A DNA stretch of 40,602 bases from a virus. Lineage: Duplodnaviria; Heunggongvirae; Uroviricota; Caudoviricetes. Location: IMG/VR virus record IMGVR_UViG_2541047755_000009; one strand, written 5' to 3'. Positions 27,058 through 35,620 of the stretch are shown one piece after another; within the stretch, counting starts at the first letter, position 1; the number at the start of each line of letters is the position of its first letter. The notes under the pieces were generated by a model. The model was not told the origin of the DNA and did no database searches. It saw only the letters and a list, made by a program, of their open reading frames with translations. Both the position numbers and the translations under genes were made by a program.

Positions 27058-28533
27058 TTAAGCATAGGGATCGTAATCTGTAATGGCCTTGCCTTGCTGG
27101 TTCTGCTGACCGGGAATTCGCAGACGCTTCGACACCGGGAAAGCAAACGTCAGCAGTAGCGCATCGCCTTTACCCGGCGAACGCCCAAGCCGCTCCTTGA
27201 TATCTTCCTTCGGTTCGATAACGATTTTACCGTCCACGCGAACTTTGTACTCTGCCGCCGACAGGTCGTCCGCTGTTTCCTGGTCATCCAGCATGCCGCC
27301 CAGCCTCAGCCATGTCTTGCATGCATTGAACATCTCCCCACGCTTGTTAAGCATCTGCGGGTCAGTGGACGCACCGCCGAACGGAACAAGTTGCCATGTA
27401 CGTCCCCAGCCATCACCGATTGACTTCAAACCGGTTCCGTAACCGAAGTCGATGAACACCGCGTCAGCCTGGTACTGGTCTTCAAAGTCAGCGATACGCT
27501 TCGCCATAATCAGATCGTCGGTGGTCTTGTTGCCAGTCCATAGCACCTTACTATGCAACCCCTGCCGCAGGTATATCACCGCGTCATCAACGCCTGAATA
27601 TGCCGGGTCAACACCGATTATCACCGGTGCATGTGCCACCTGCGCAGCAGTTACCACCCGTTTCATTGCCTCGTCAGTAAGACCGGTAGGGATAAACTGC
27701 AATTCAGATGCATTAGGGAATATGCCGCGTACACGGATTTTAACGAAGTCGCTGTCTTCCCCGTAGTCATCAACCCATTTCTGCAATTGCTGCTTGTTAG
27801 TACCTTCCACCGTCCGGCTGTCAATCTGCGCAGTTTTCCAGCGGTGTTTATATTTGCGGAAACATTCACGGAATCGCCCGGTATTACGTGTCGGGTTTCC
27901 GAACGCCACCCAGATAATCTCAGTGTCTTCGTCCGTTAGCGCACCTTCGGCAACTTCCCACACCAGATCCGCAATGTTCGACGCTTCATCGAATACCACG
28001 ATAATACGTTTGCGCTCGTTGTGTAGTCCGGCGAATGCCTCAGTGTTGTGCTCAGACCAGGGAATTGCGTCAGCTCGCCACCGCTTGTCGTGCCCAGGAT
28101 CATTGCTGTACATCGCGGTAGCGGTACAGGTAAACCAGTCTTTCGTGATAGCAAGGTTGGACCACTTGATAATTTCCGGCCAGGTCTTCGTTCGTAGCTG
28201 GTTGTCGGTGTTGGCGGTCACCACGACCTTACAATCCTCGCAAGTGGACATGCCCCAGTTGATCAGCATTGAGATGAATGCGGATTTACCAATACCGTGA
28301 CCAGAAGCACGTGCCAGCATAAGCGGCTGATAGCGCGTCTCTGGATTCTGCAGATGATCACGTATCTCTCGGAACGCATCGGCCTGCCACTGACGTGGAC
28401 CGGTGGCATGTGCCAGTTCAGTACCCTCTTCCCCCCACGGGAACGCATAGAGGGCATAGCCAAGCGGATCGTGAGTGAACCCTGCAATATCCTCGATCAA
28501 CTGCTCTTCAGGAGATAACGCTGTATCTGTCAC
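27058..28533 (-). CDS. terminase large subunit
   Basis: Walker A-like ARASGHGIGKS; about 490 aa; GTG start overlapping the small-subunit stop. Confidence 0.85.
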   Translation of the reverse strand: MTDTALSPEEQLIEDIAGFTHDPLGYALYAFPWGEEGTELAHATGPRQWQADAFREIRDHLQNPETRYQPLMLARASGHGIGKSAFISMLINWGMSTCEDCKVVVTANTDNQLRTKTWPEIIKWSNLAITKDWFTCTATAMYSNDPGHDKRWRADAIPWSEHNTEAFAGLHNERKRIIVVFDEASNIADLVWEVAEGALTDEDTEIIWVAFGNPTRNTGRFRECFRKYKHRWKTAQIDSRTVEGTNKQQLQKWVDDYGEDSDFVKIRVRGIFPNASELQFIPTGLTDEAMKRVVTAAQVAHAPVIIGVDPAYSGVDDAVIYLRQGLHSKVLWTGNKTTDDLIMAKRIADFEDQYQADAVFIDFGYGTGLKSIGDGWGRTWQLVPFGGASTDPQMLNKRGEMFNACKTWLRLGGMLDDQETADDLSAAEYKVRVDGKIVIEPKEDIKERLGRSPGKGDALLLTFAFPVSKRLRIPGQQNQQGKAITDYDPYA

Positions 28534-29126
28534 TGATTACCATCCTGACGTTCTTTGAGTCGCTTCCTGGCTGCTGCTATGCGATCAGCAATTGTCACAT
28601 TCACATTAACATCCAGACGTTCTTTGAACGCGTTGACATCAACATGCTTACCAATCAGTTCTAGGTTCTTCACCTTGTCAGGCCATTTAATTTTTTTGAG
28701 GATTGTCTCTATCGAATCCTCGTTCATGTTCATGATGGTCGATGACAGATCAAAGCCACTAAGCGTAGTGCGCCAGATTTTCGGCCACTCACGGATTGGT
28801 TTAAGGCTCCCATCGTCGTTGAGGATATCGATCACGTCCATCTGGTCGATCTCCACCAAGCGCATGAGAACGTAATCAGCACTGACGCGCATTCGTTTGT
28901 TGCGCTCCTCCATCAACTCGGCAATCCGTTTTTGAATGCGTTCATCGCGCATCATGACACTGGCTTTAACTGCCGCTGTATTTGGGGAGAATCCTGCGTT
29001 AATCGCTGCCTGAGTCTGGTTTTCAGGCGTTTTGATGTATGACTGGCAATAAGCCTCCTGCATTGCTGTGAGCGGCTTAAATTGCGTTGATTTGCGTTTA
29101 TAGGTTTTAGGTTCAGCAGGCATCAT
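28530..29126 (-). CDS. terminase small subunit
   Basis: about 198 aa from the ATG doublet near 29126 (track ORF extends to a TTG at 29204 without RBS); directly upstream of and coupled to the large subunit. Confidence 0.6.
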   Translation of the reverse strand: MMPAEPKTYKRKSTQFKPLTAMQEAYCQSYIKTPENQTQAAINAGFSPNTAAVKASVMMRDERIQKRIAELMEERNKRMRVSADYVLMRLVEIDQMDVIDILNDDGSLKPIREWPKIWRTTLSGFDLSSTIMNMNEDSIETILKKIKWPDKVKNLELIGKHVDVNAFKERLDVNVNVTIADRIAAARKRLKERQDGNQ

Positions 29127-29236
29127 AACCACCGTGGTAATAGTTACCGTTGTGGTAATAGTACCATGCAAAATAAAGCCGCCATAGTTGGCGGCAGTAT
29201 TCAAAACCCGTCAAATTCATCATGCATAATCTACTC

Positions 29237-29248
29237 GTGACATGTCAC
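29237..29248. repeat. 12-bp perfect palindrome GTGACATGTCAC, copy 3 of 3
   Basis: immediately upstream of the small terminase gene. Confidence 0.8.
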
Positions 29249-29592
29249 ACTATTAATTTCGTTTCATGCCAGCCTTTAGTCACCCAGCATTGCGAGTCAC
29301 CATTACACGGGCATGAATTAACTGGAACTCTCTCGCCGCACTTACCGCAACGTTTTCTGCTGATCGATTTTATACGCCCGCGCACACGTGCATCATCCTG
29401 GCGGATCAGCAGCGCGATGTACTCGGCCATTTCATAGGGATCGCGACCAGGGCGCCGGGCGGCGCAGTTCCGCGCCAGCATTTCCTGCTCCTGCTTATCC
29501 AGCACCAGTTCAATTTTGCGCTCACCGGCGGCGGACTGCCGAGCGCGCTGCGCGGCTTTGCGTTCTGCGGGGGATTTAGCCACGAATCGCAC
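29245..29592 (-). CDS. basic protein with C-terminal Cys cluster (possible zinc-binding DNA-binding protein)
   Basis: 115 aa; Arg/Lys-rich N-terminus; CGKCG...CPC...C cluster; GTG start; immediately upstream of the terminase genes. Confidence 0.45.
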   Translation of the reverse strand: MRFVAKSPAERKAAQRARQSAAGERKIELVLDKQEQEMLARNCAARRPGRDPYEMAEYIALLIRQDDARVRGRIKSISRKRCGKCGERVPVNSCPCNGDSQCWVTKGWHETKLIV

Positions 29593-29698
29593 TCCACGCC
29601 AGATTGATTAATGACTCCCAGGTAATATAAACCCGGATACCAGCAGCCAGGCCGAAACCAATCACCATGGCATAAAGCAGAGCGTTGCACTTGTTCAT
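29576..29698 (-). CDS. 41-aa single-TM peptide coupled to the DUF551 gene
   Basis: not in ORF track; strong RBS AGGAGGTGA about 5 nt before ATG; ATG overlaps upstream stop (TGATG); product MNKCNALLYAMVIGFGLAAGIRVYITWESLINLAWSAIRG. Confidence 0.45.
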   Translation of the reverse strand: MNKCNALLYAMVIGFGLAAGIRVYITWESLINLAWSAIRG

Positions 29699-30555
29699 CA
29701 CTTCACCTCCTGCGGCGGTTCTGGTAGCGGCATCCAGTGGGTTACATTGCGGCTCTGCGTTTCGAAGAACTCCTCACCATTGCGGACGACATCAAAAAAT
29801 TCACCGTCTCGATATTGCGCATAAAGAACGAATGCGCTATCACATAAAATAATTACGTGCTGACCATCATCAGGCATTCGCTCACTACAGCTTATCCAAC
29901 CATCCGGAGTAACCGGATAGTTGCCATTCACAAGGTCAGCTCGAACATATAGCGTGTCATCATGGTGCTGATTGTGGCTGCACCACGTTAATTCGCTTAA
30001 CTCGCCATCTTCTGGCCATACTCCAGCCGTTTGCAGCCAGATATGGGCTGGCGCATCTTGGCAAGGTGTATTAACTGGCAACTTGTAAGTTTGGCTTACA
30101 GGTTCGGCACCATGAAGCATGGCGGCGCGGCAGGCGTTAAGCGCGTTTTGCACGCGTTTAGCGTTCTGTACTTCGTATTTAGGTGCGGCTGCCAATGCCC
30201 ATAGCCAACCAATTTCATAGCTATCAGCTTTTGATAGAGCACATTCCATTTCCAGTGTTATTTTCTTAGGTACGAGTTGCCAATCATCTGGCACTACCGG
30301 TGCTGGCAGCTCGCGATACAGCGAGATTACACGACGCGGGTCCGCATATTTATCTGGCGGACACTGAAATATCTCACCGAAACCATACTTCCTGACATCG
30401 CGCAGTTCCTCTTCATCAGTCCATGCCACCGGTTCTGCTTCCAGCGATACCAAAGCAATTTCATAAGCACGGCGCTCAATATTGTCTCGAACGTCCAGGC
30501 TGCCTATGCGCTCTTTGATTTCTTTAATCAGTTCTTTGTCGGTTAAAGTGGTCAT
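29698..30555 (-). CDS. DUF551-domain phage protein
   Basis: C-terminal HWMPLPEPP signature that I associate with DUF551; GAGGA RBS. Confidence 0.6.
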   Translation of the reverse strand: MTTLTDKELIKEIKERIGSLDVRDNIERRAYEIALVSLEAEPVAWTDEEELRDVRKYGFGEIFQCPPDKYADPRRVISLYRELPAPVVPDDWQLVPKKITLEMECALSKADSYEIGWLWALAAAPKYEVQNAKRVQNALNACRAAMLHGAEPVSQTYKLPVNTPCQDAPAHIWLQTAGVWPEDGELSELTWCSHNQHHDDTLYVRADLVNGNYPVTPDGWISCSERMPDDGQHVIILCDSAFVLYAQYRDGEFFDVVRNGEEFFETQSRNVTHWMPLPEPPQEVK

Positions 30556-30558
30556 GTG

Positions 30559-30708
30559 TTAGTCCTCTGTAGCAGGTGATACGCCGTAGTTGCATTCTTC
30601 ATAGAATATGTCTCTGCCTATTTCTTCGGCATCCTCTGGCGTGTCTGCTTCAAACTCAACAACCTTGCAATCATTAAATCCTTCGATAGTCACGATGTAC
30701 TTAGCCAT
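30559..30708 (-). CDS. small acidic protein (49 aa)
   Basis: ATG at 30708 with AAGGAGAG RBS inside track ORF 30559-31044; product MAKYIVTIEGFNDCKVVEFEADTPEDAEEIGRDIFYEECNYGVSPATED. Confidence 0.45.
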   Translation of the reverse strand: MAKYIVTIEGFNDCKVVEFEADTPEDAEEIGRDIFYEECNYGVSPATED

Positions 30709-30709
30709 A

Positions 30710-31438
30710 TCACTCTCCTTTGATGCGAATGCCAGCTGCGCTTGCTGATTCTTCATATGCGCGTTTAGCAGCGTTAAGGATTGCTGCCAGTGGCGTATAG
30801 CCGCCATCCATTCGGATTGTGTTGTGGATGCCAGCCATTGTGTCGCGCAATTTGCTGTGGCTAGCAGACAGTTCTGCAATGCGCTTCTCTGCGGCTTCCA
30901 GCTTCTCGCGCATATCGTCAACGTACTCGACCAGAGAACCGCCAGCAGGAATTTCGCACTCCTCGACCAGTTGGAAGTAGATATCAGCTGCGGCCCGTGT
31001 GTTGCTATGCCTAGCGTCGCCCATCTCACCTTCACGAAGAGCATCGCGTTCGGCGGTAAGATTGGCTATTTTGCTGTCTTTGCCTTCCAGCTCAACGCGC
31101 AGCTTCCCTACCGTTAGCGCAATATCCTCGTTCTCCTGGTCGCGGCGTTTTATGTATTGCTGGTTTCTTTCCCGTTCATCCAGTAGTGCCAGCACGGTAG
31201 CCGGATTGGCTGCGGCGATGAATTCAGCATTGGCCTGCTGTTCCATTTGGAAATCTTCATCGAAACCGCTTTCTGGATGCGCTCCTTCAATTCTGCAAAT
31301 GGGAATATATCCAGCAGCCTCGCGATGAATTAGTGCATCATCACCATCAAATCGGCCCTCTCCATATTCGAGTGACCACACACCACACGTTGCTTTTTCT
31401 GCCTTTTCACGCAGTGCCTGATAGTCAATCTTGCTCAC
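30710..31438 (-). CDS. Ea22/ead-like early protein
   Basis: 242 aa; coiled-coil middle region; resembles lambdoid Ea22-type proteins from memory. Confidence 0.5.
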   Translation of the reverse strand: MSKIDYQALREKAEKATCGVWSLEYGEGRFDGDDALIHREAAGYIPICRIEGAHPESGFDEDFQMEQQANAEFIAAANPATVLALLDERERNQQYIKRRDQENEDIALTVGKLRVELEGKDSKIANLTAERDALREGEMGDARHSNTRAAADIYFQLVEECEIPAGGSLVEYVDDMREKLEAAEKRIAELSASHSKLRDTMAGIHNTIRMDGGYTPLAAILNAAKRAYEESASAAGIRIKGE

Positions 31439-32010
31439 TGGTTGCCTCCTTTGCGAAGCTGAGCGGCTAACTCGTCACATATGTGCGTCAAAGCGCAAAG
31501 TTGGATTGCTGGGTGTTCGCGCACCATCTCAACCCCCTGCGCCCGTACTTCAGCCAGGAAAGCATCGATGGCTGGGTGCTCTGTCTGGCTATGCATTACC
31601 CATTCAGATAAGTACTCGAAGCAACGGCGAAACTCCTGCCAATCACTGCACATGTTTAGGTTTCCGCCTTCACACTCGAACTGGTAATTCTCTAAACGGT
31701 CTGCAAACGCCCTGCCATTCTCGATGGCACCAAGTGGAGCATCAGATTTCAGCCAAGCATTCTCCGCCACCAGCGCTGAAAACTTCTCGTGTGCCAACTT
31801 AACAGCCGAATCAGCCTGCTTAATTGACTCAATCGCTTTCTGCTGGTCTTCGGCCAGCGCATTAGCACGCGCCAGTTGCACTTCCAGTTGCGTTGCCAAA
31901 TCGCTGATCAGCTTTGCCACACTGCGCATATCAACGGCACCACATTCTGCTTTCAGTTCCGAAGCCATCTCATGCCCGGCGGCAACTAACCCTTTGATAT
32001 TACTTTCCAT
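31435..32010 (-). CDS. coiled-coil early protein (Ea22-like family, tentative)
   Basis: 191 aa; ATG start; overlaps the downstream gene start. Confidence 0.45.
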   Translation of the reverse strand: MESNIKGLVAAGHEMASELKAECGAVDMRSVAKLISDLATQLEVQLARANALAEDQQKAIESIKQADSAVKLAHEKFSALVAENAWLKSDAPLGAIENGRAFADRLENYQFECEGGNLNMCSDWQEFRRCFEYLSEWVMHSQTEHPAIDAFLAEVRAQGVEMVREHPAIQLCALTHICDELAAQLRKGGNQ

Positions 32011-32071
32011 CTTTACCCTCGCTTATCCACATAACTTATTGATTACATTGATAACTAAAAAGATCGTCGAT

Positions 32072-32416
32072 TCAGAACTCTTCGATGTTCCAGCCACCAC
32101 CTGCTTTCTTTGGTTTAACCGTTACCCCGATGATTCGGAACGGATACTGATCTGCGGCGACTTTGGTTTTCACCCTGGCGTCGTCGGTCCAGAAACCTTT
32201 CACTTCGTGCAGTTCCATCTCGCCGGTGACGAGCATCACAGCGAAATCGGGCGTATAGAACGTGTTGTCAGCTAACCGCAGCTTGATACCCTCGAATCGA
32301 TACCAGGCGATTTCCCCTGCACGTTTACGCTGCTCAAGGTGCTGGCAATACGCAGATTCTGTTTTGTTCATCTGGCCTGTTTTGAGTCGACCAAGAGCCT
32401 GTATCTGTTTTCTCAT
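32072..32416 (-). CDS. small PD-(D/E)XK nuclease-like protein
   Basis: 114 aa with YTPDF...MELHEVKG arrangement compatible with a D...E-x-K nuclease core. Confidence 0.4.
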   Translation of the reverse strand: MRKQIQALGRLKTGQMNKTESAYCQHLEQRKRAGEIAWYRFEGIKLRLADNTFYTPDFAVMLVTGEMELHEVKGFWTDDARVKTKVAADQYPFRIIGVTVKPKKAGGGWNIEEF

Positions 32417-32418
32417 GA

Positions 32419-32497
32419 TTTACCTCTGAGGTAATTAAAAACCACATAAGACACTAAATCAATAGAATTTAGAATATTTTGTTACCCAATAGGTAAC
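32419..32497. promoter_or_regulatory. two operator-like palindromes (TTTACC-TCTGA-GGTAAT and GTTACC-CAATA-GGTAAC) in the gap after the P-like gene
   Basis: sites J and H; the second is a perfect 6+5+6 palindrome. Confidence 0.5.
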
Positions 32498-32533
32498 TAT
32501 CGAGGCGTAAAAAAATGCGCTATCGCGCTGGTA

Positions 32534-33334
32534 TTACTTGATAAATCCTGCCGCCTTTCCCCGCCTGTATTCCTCCATCAGCCACTGCGCCGGTGTTATT
32601 CCCCCAAGGGTGGCGGCGTTAGGCATGCACCCGAAACTTCGCCCTGGCGGGTGGTAAACGTCTCTCCCTGTGTCCGGAGGTGTACTCATGGGTTCTGGCT
32701 TTGCCTGTATGCTGATCACCGGATCGGGTATCTGCTGTCCGGAAGCCACCTTTTTCGCCCAATCATCGAGCAGCCTGCGCGCGTGTTTCTCAACCTCAAT
32801 CTCGCTAAGCTGGCGCTGATACATTGCACGGCGGGTATCACATACGACCCAGTACATAACCGGATGTCGCCACGGGAATCTTTCGGGACCGCCAGGATAT
32901 AAACTTTTTTCCTTGCTGTACCGGTGAAACTCCGCCATCACATCGTCAATGGTGACGCCAAGAACCATCTTGCTGTCTTTGCACCACTTGATGAATTGCC
33001 CTGGCGACGGCCAGAACGGAGATTCACTGGCGCGGGCGTGGCGCATACCAGCAGAAACCTGTTCACGGGTTCGGATCCCCCCTTCGGCAAACGCAGCAAT
33101 CCACTGCTGTTTTGCAGCAACTTCCTGCTCTGGCGTCTTCAGGTTGGTTACCACTGCCGCCGGAAACAGTTGTTTCAGCTGTTTAAAAAGGGCATCAACA
33201 AGCCTCTCTGCTGACATGTTCACCACATTGTCATTGTTGACGTATTGATGCTCATAACCTGACATGCGAGAAAGGGCTTCTCCGTCACGGTTTTGTATCG
33301 CGGTAAAAACGTTGTTCACAAGAAATCCTCCCAT
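32534..33334 (-). CDS. replication protein P-like helicase loader
   Basis: segment IRTREQVSAGMRHARASESPFWPSPGQFIKWCK parallels lambda P (MEQVNAGMRVARRQNRPFLPSPGQFVAWCRE). Confidence 0.8.
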   Translation of the reverse strand: MGGFLVNNVFTAIQNRDGEALSRMSGYEHQYVNNDNVVNMSAERLVDALFKQLKQLFPAAVVTNLKTPEQEVAAKQQWIAAFAEGGIRTREQVSAGMRHARASESPFWPSPGQFIKWCKDSKMVLGVTIDDVMAEFHRYSKEKSLYPGGPERFPWRHPVMYWVVCDTRRAMYQRQLSEIEVEKHARRLLDDWAKKVASGQQIPDPVISIQAKPEPMSTPPDTGRDVYHPPGRSFGCMPNAATLGGITPAQWLMEEYRRGKAAGFIK

Positions 33335-34131
33335 GCTTCAGGGCTGTTCCAGTGCGGAACGTTGTTATCAGGTAATGTTGATTGCTTCTGTCTGCTAATC
33401 TGCAGCCGCCTTGCCAGCTTCTGCTCCCACTGTGCCTGATGGTATGCCTTACCCTCAGCCATCCAGTAAATTCTGAACTCTGCAAGTTCCTGTGCCGTTG
33501 GCAGACTGTCCAGGTAGATCCCCTGCAATGAGCTTTTCCGAAGAAAGTCATCTGATGGCTGCCATTGTTCATGCATGACAAATTTGCCTAATTGCCCTGG
33601 CCCACCAGGAGGAACAAAGTTATTCATCACGGCGTTGTTTGCGCCGGGGTCATGAGGCACAGAATCCCCGCTTTTTGTCCTGCTCTCCCTCTCTTGGTTA
33701 AATGACTGGTTATATGACTGGTTCTGGATCCCGTTTTTGGGATCATTCAACATCCCGTTTTTGGGATCATTCAACATCCCGTTTTTGGGTATATTCCCTT
33801 TTTCGGTAACATTACCGTTTTCGGGTTCATTGCCCCCCTCTCGGTTGCCTTTAATGTTCCCGTTTTTGGTTATATTAAGAGAGAAAACCCGCACTCTTTT
33901 TGTCGCTCCCTTTCTCTCCCCGGTATCTGAAATAAGCCCCATTTTCATGAGCGATATAAGTCCGGCCTGCACGGTTTTTTTATTCAGGCAAGTGTCTTTA
34001 ACGAGGCGTTCTATGCTGGGGTAGCAGAGGTTATATTCATCGGCTCTGTCAGCCATCGAGAGCAGTATGAGCTTTAATGACGAGCTACCTGGATCTGTCT
34101 CCCAGGCCCAATCTGTTGCATGTCTGCTCAT
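33316..34131 (-). CDS. replication initiator O-like protein containing the ori iterons
   Basis: N-terminal HTH-like region; central repeated peptide NGNV..KNGMLNDPKNGMLNDPKNG encoded by DNA iterons; directly upstream of the P-like gene with overlap. Confidence 0.65.
   Translation of the reverse strand: MSRHATDWAWETDPGSSSLKLILLSMADRADEYNLCYPSIERLVKDTCLNKKTVQAGLISLMKMGLISDTGERKGATKRVRVFSLNITKNGNIKGNREGGNEPENGNVTEKGNIPKNGMLNDPKNGMLNDPKNGIQNQSYNQSFNQERESRTKSGDSVPHDPGANNAVMNNFVPPGGPGQLGKFVMHEQWQPSDDFLRKSSLQGIYLDSLPTAQELAEFRIYWMAEGKAYHQAQWEQKLARRLQISRQKQSTLPDNNVPHWNSPEAWEDFL
33725..33875. repeat. origin-of-replication iterons (4-6 copies of ATCCCGTTTTTGGGAT-type palindromic repeats)
   Basis: near-identical repeats with roughly 24-bp periodicity inside the O-like gene, as in lambda ori. 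Confidence 0.7.
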
Positions 34132-34146
34132 GATTAATCTCCGCTA

Positions 34147-34383
34147 TCAGCTTGAATGTTGTGGGGAGGAATTAATCATGATCTGCTTAATCTCTGCCCT
34201 GATACGACGGTTTGATTCCATGGTGCACTCAACACAGTGTCCGTTGTAAACCCAGCGTTCACTGTCATGTCCGTGCTTACATGTTTTTCCGGTGTAGTAG
34301 CGTTTAAGTCCGCGCTTTGCGGCATCAATACGTGTAATGATTTCCATGGTAAGCCCTGTTATTAGTATTGGGATTACGGTCAT
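34147..34383 (-). CDS. small zinc-ribbon protein (CxH...CVEC), function unknown
   Basis: Cys/His cluster; start ambiguous (ATG at 34383 or 34347; track begins at TTG 34410). Confidence 0.4.
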   Translation of the reverse strand: MTVIPILITGLTMEIITRIDAAKRGLKRYYTGKTCKHGHDSERWVYNGHCVECTMESNRRIRAEIKQIMINSSPQHSS

Positions 34384-34426
34384 TTTGTGCTGACACAAAA
34401 AAAATATCAACCAGATTTGGTTTTTT

Positions 34427-34442
34427 ATTACCTTTGAGGTAC
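34427..34442. promoter_or_regulatory. operator-like site ATTACC-TTTGA-GGTAC (site D) downstream of the Cro-like gene
   Basis: one mismatch in the right half-site. Confidence 0.4.
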
Positions 34443-34497
34443 GAATAGATATGAAAAGACCGCCGGGTGGCGGTCTACAGAGGGTTGTAGCTGGATA

Positions 34498-34728
34498 TCA
34501 TGAGTAGAAGAAGTATGCCAGTTCTGCTTTTGAGCGCAGCCATTGTCTTGTTTTACAGGCTTTAAAAAGCCCATTCATCAATACTTTACCTGGCATTTTG
34601 CGCTTACCTGTTAAGTGAGTCTGGATATAGTGACTCGTCGTTCCGGCTTCCTGTGCGAAGGCTTCACGCTCATCCGGAGTAAGTGCAAGCCAGTGCTTTT
34701 TGAAATCGAAATGTCCGTTATCGCTCAT
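34498..34728 (-). CDS. Cro-like HTH regulator
   Basis: 76 aa; first gene of the rightward early operon, divergent from the repressor; HTH-like segment AFAQEAGTTSHYIQTHLTGKRKM. Confidence 0.55.
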   Translation of the reverse strand: MSDNGHFDFKKHWLALTPDEREAFAQEAGTTSHYIQTHLTGKRKMPGKVLMNGLFKACKTRQWLRSKAELAYFFYS

Positions 34729-34763
34729 AGCTATTGCCTGATATTTATTTCAGATAATAAATA

Positions 34764-34828
34764 TTCACCCATAAGGTAACAAAAATCAAGGATAGTTACC
34801 TATGAGGTGCATTTACCTGTTGGGTAAT
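34764..34828. promoter_or_regulatory. immunity-region operators (three sites) with divergent promoters
   Basis: TTCACC-CATAA-GGTAAC, GTTACC-TATGA-GGTGC and TTTACC-TGTTG-GGTAAT within the 154-nt gap; on the cro strand a TTGTTA-N17-TATTAT promoter-like pair overlaps the first site. Confidence 0.65.
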
Positions 34829-34882
34829 ATTGCTTTAAATTGAATCATCTACTGATTCATATATGAGGCGATTTTCCAGAAA

Positions 34883-35467
34883 ATGAAAAGTATCCAGGAC
34901 GTCCGCAGGCAAAATCTCAACGACTTGATCGACCGTGAATTCAATGGTGTTCAGACGCGGATGGCAGAAAAACTTGGAACTCAGGCAAATCTGGTAAACC
35001 GCTGGGCTCTTGGCAAGAAGGTTATCGGCGACCAGGTTGCACGAAAAATTGAAGCTGCCGCCAATAAACCCCGTAACTGGCTTGATATTGATCGCTCGCT
35101 TTCTCAGGAGGGTTTTCAGCCTGTCGGCCCGAGCGATATAGGTCAGCTGGCGGCTCACAACCTGGAACGCTGGATGAGCGAAAGCCGCGACCTTTCAACG
35201 CAGGGAAAACTACACCGCGCATCCGGCGTCGCCCAGGTGACAATCAGCCGCCTGTTAAACAATGAGGTCAGCGTTTCCATTTCCACCCTGGAGAATGTTG
35301 CATCCGCATTCGGGCGTCACGGCTATGAATTACTGATTCACCCGCACGACCCTGCGACCATCAACTATGATCGCTCGCGCTACGCATTGTTACCCGAAAC
35401 CGAGAAAGCAAAGATCGAAAGTTACATTGAATTTGTCATCAACCAGAACGAAAAAAACAAACAATAA
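34883..35467 (+). CDS. prophage repressor, dual HTH, no S24 peptidase domain
   Basis: XRE-type HTH QTRMAEKLGTQANLVNRWALGKK plus a second HTH-like segment; no Ser/Lys autocleavage module at 194 aa; divergent from the Cro-like gene across the operator cluster. Confidence 0.7.
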   Translation: MKSIQDVRRQNLNDLIDREFNGVQTRMAEKLGTQANLVNRWALGKKVIGDQVARKIEAAANKPRNWLDIDRSLSQEGFQPVGPSDIGQLAAHNLERWMSESRDLSTQGKLHRASGVAQVTISRLLNNEVSVSISTLENVASAFGRHGYELLIHPHDPATINYDRSRYALLPETEKAKIESYIEFVINQNEKNKQ

Positions 35468-35489
35468 AATCATATTTTTCAGTAAGTAA

Positions 35490-35511
35490 GCCGCCAGAAG
35501 GCGGCTTTTTT
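35490..35511 (+). terminator. rho-independent terminator after the repressor gene
   Basis: GCCGCC-agaa-GGCGGC followed by TTTTTT. Confidence 0.75.
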
Positions 35512-35523
35512 ATTGCCTATTCG

Positions 35524-35602
35524 ATTACCTAATGGGTAATTTTTTTAACTCATATCTATTGACATCAAACCAGATACGCATAATTATTACCTCAACGGTA
35601 AC
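35524..35602 (+). promoter_or_regulatory. promoter for the plus-strand early operon bracketed by two operators
   Basis: ATTACC-TAATG-GGTAAT (perfect), TTGACA -35, TAATTA -10-like hexamer about 16-17 nt later, then ATTACC-TCAAC-GGTAAC. Confidence 0.6.
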
Positions 35603-35620
35603 AGACCGAGGTAACAAGTT

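Noticed and set aside
28530-29204. Long N-terminal extension of the small terminase ORF
   Set aside because: The extension starts at a TTG without RBS and encodes a low-complexity Thr/Val run; the ATG doublet near 29126 with an upstream GGTGG is the more plausible start
31380-31440. Apparent 1-nt frame slip in the Ea22-like gene when counting bases by hand
   Set aside because: The supplied ORF track shows intact in-frame ORFs on both sides (30710-31438 and 31435-32010), so I attribute this to my own character-level misreading rather than a pseudogene
33725-33875. Possible CRISPR-like repeat array
   Set aside because: Repeats are palindromic, in frame within the O-like gene and have no unique spacers; they are ori iterons
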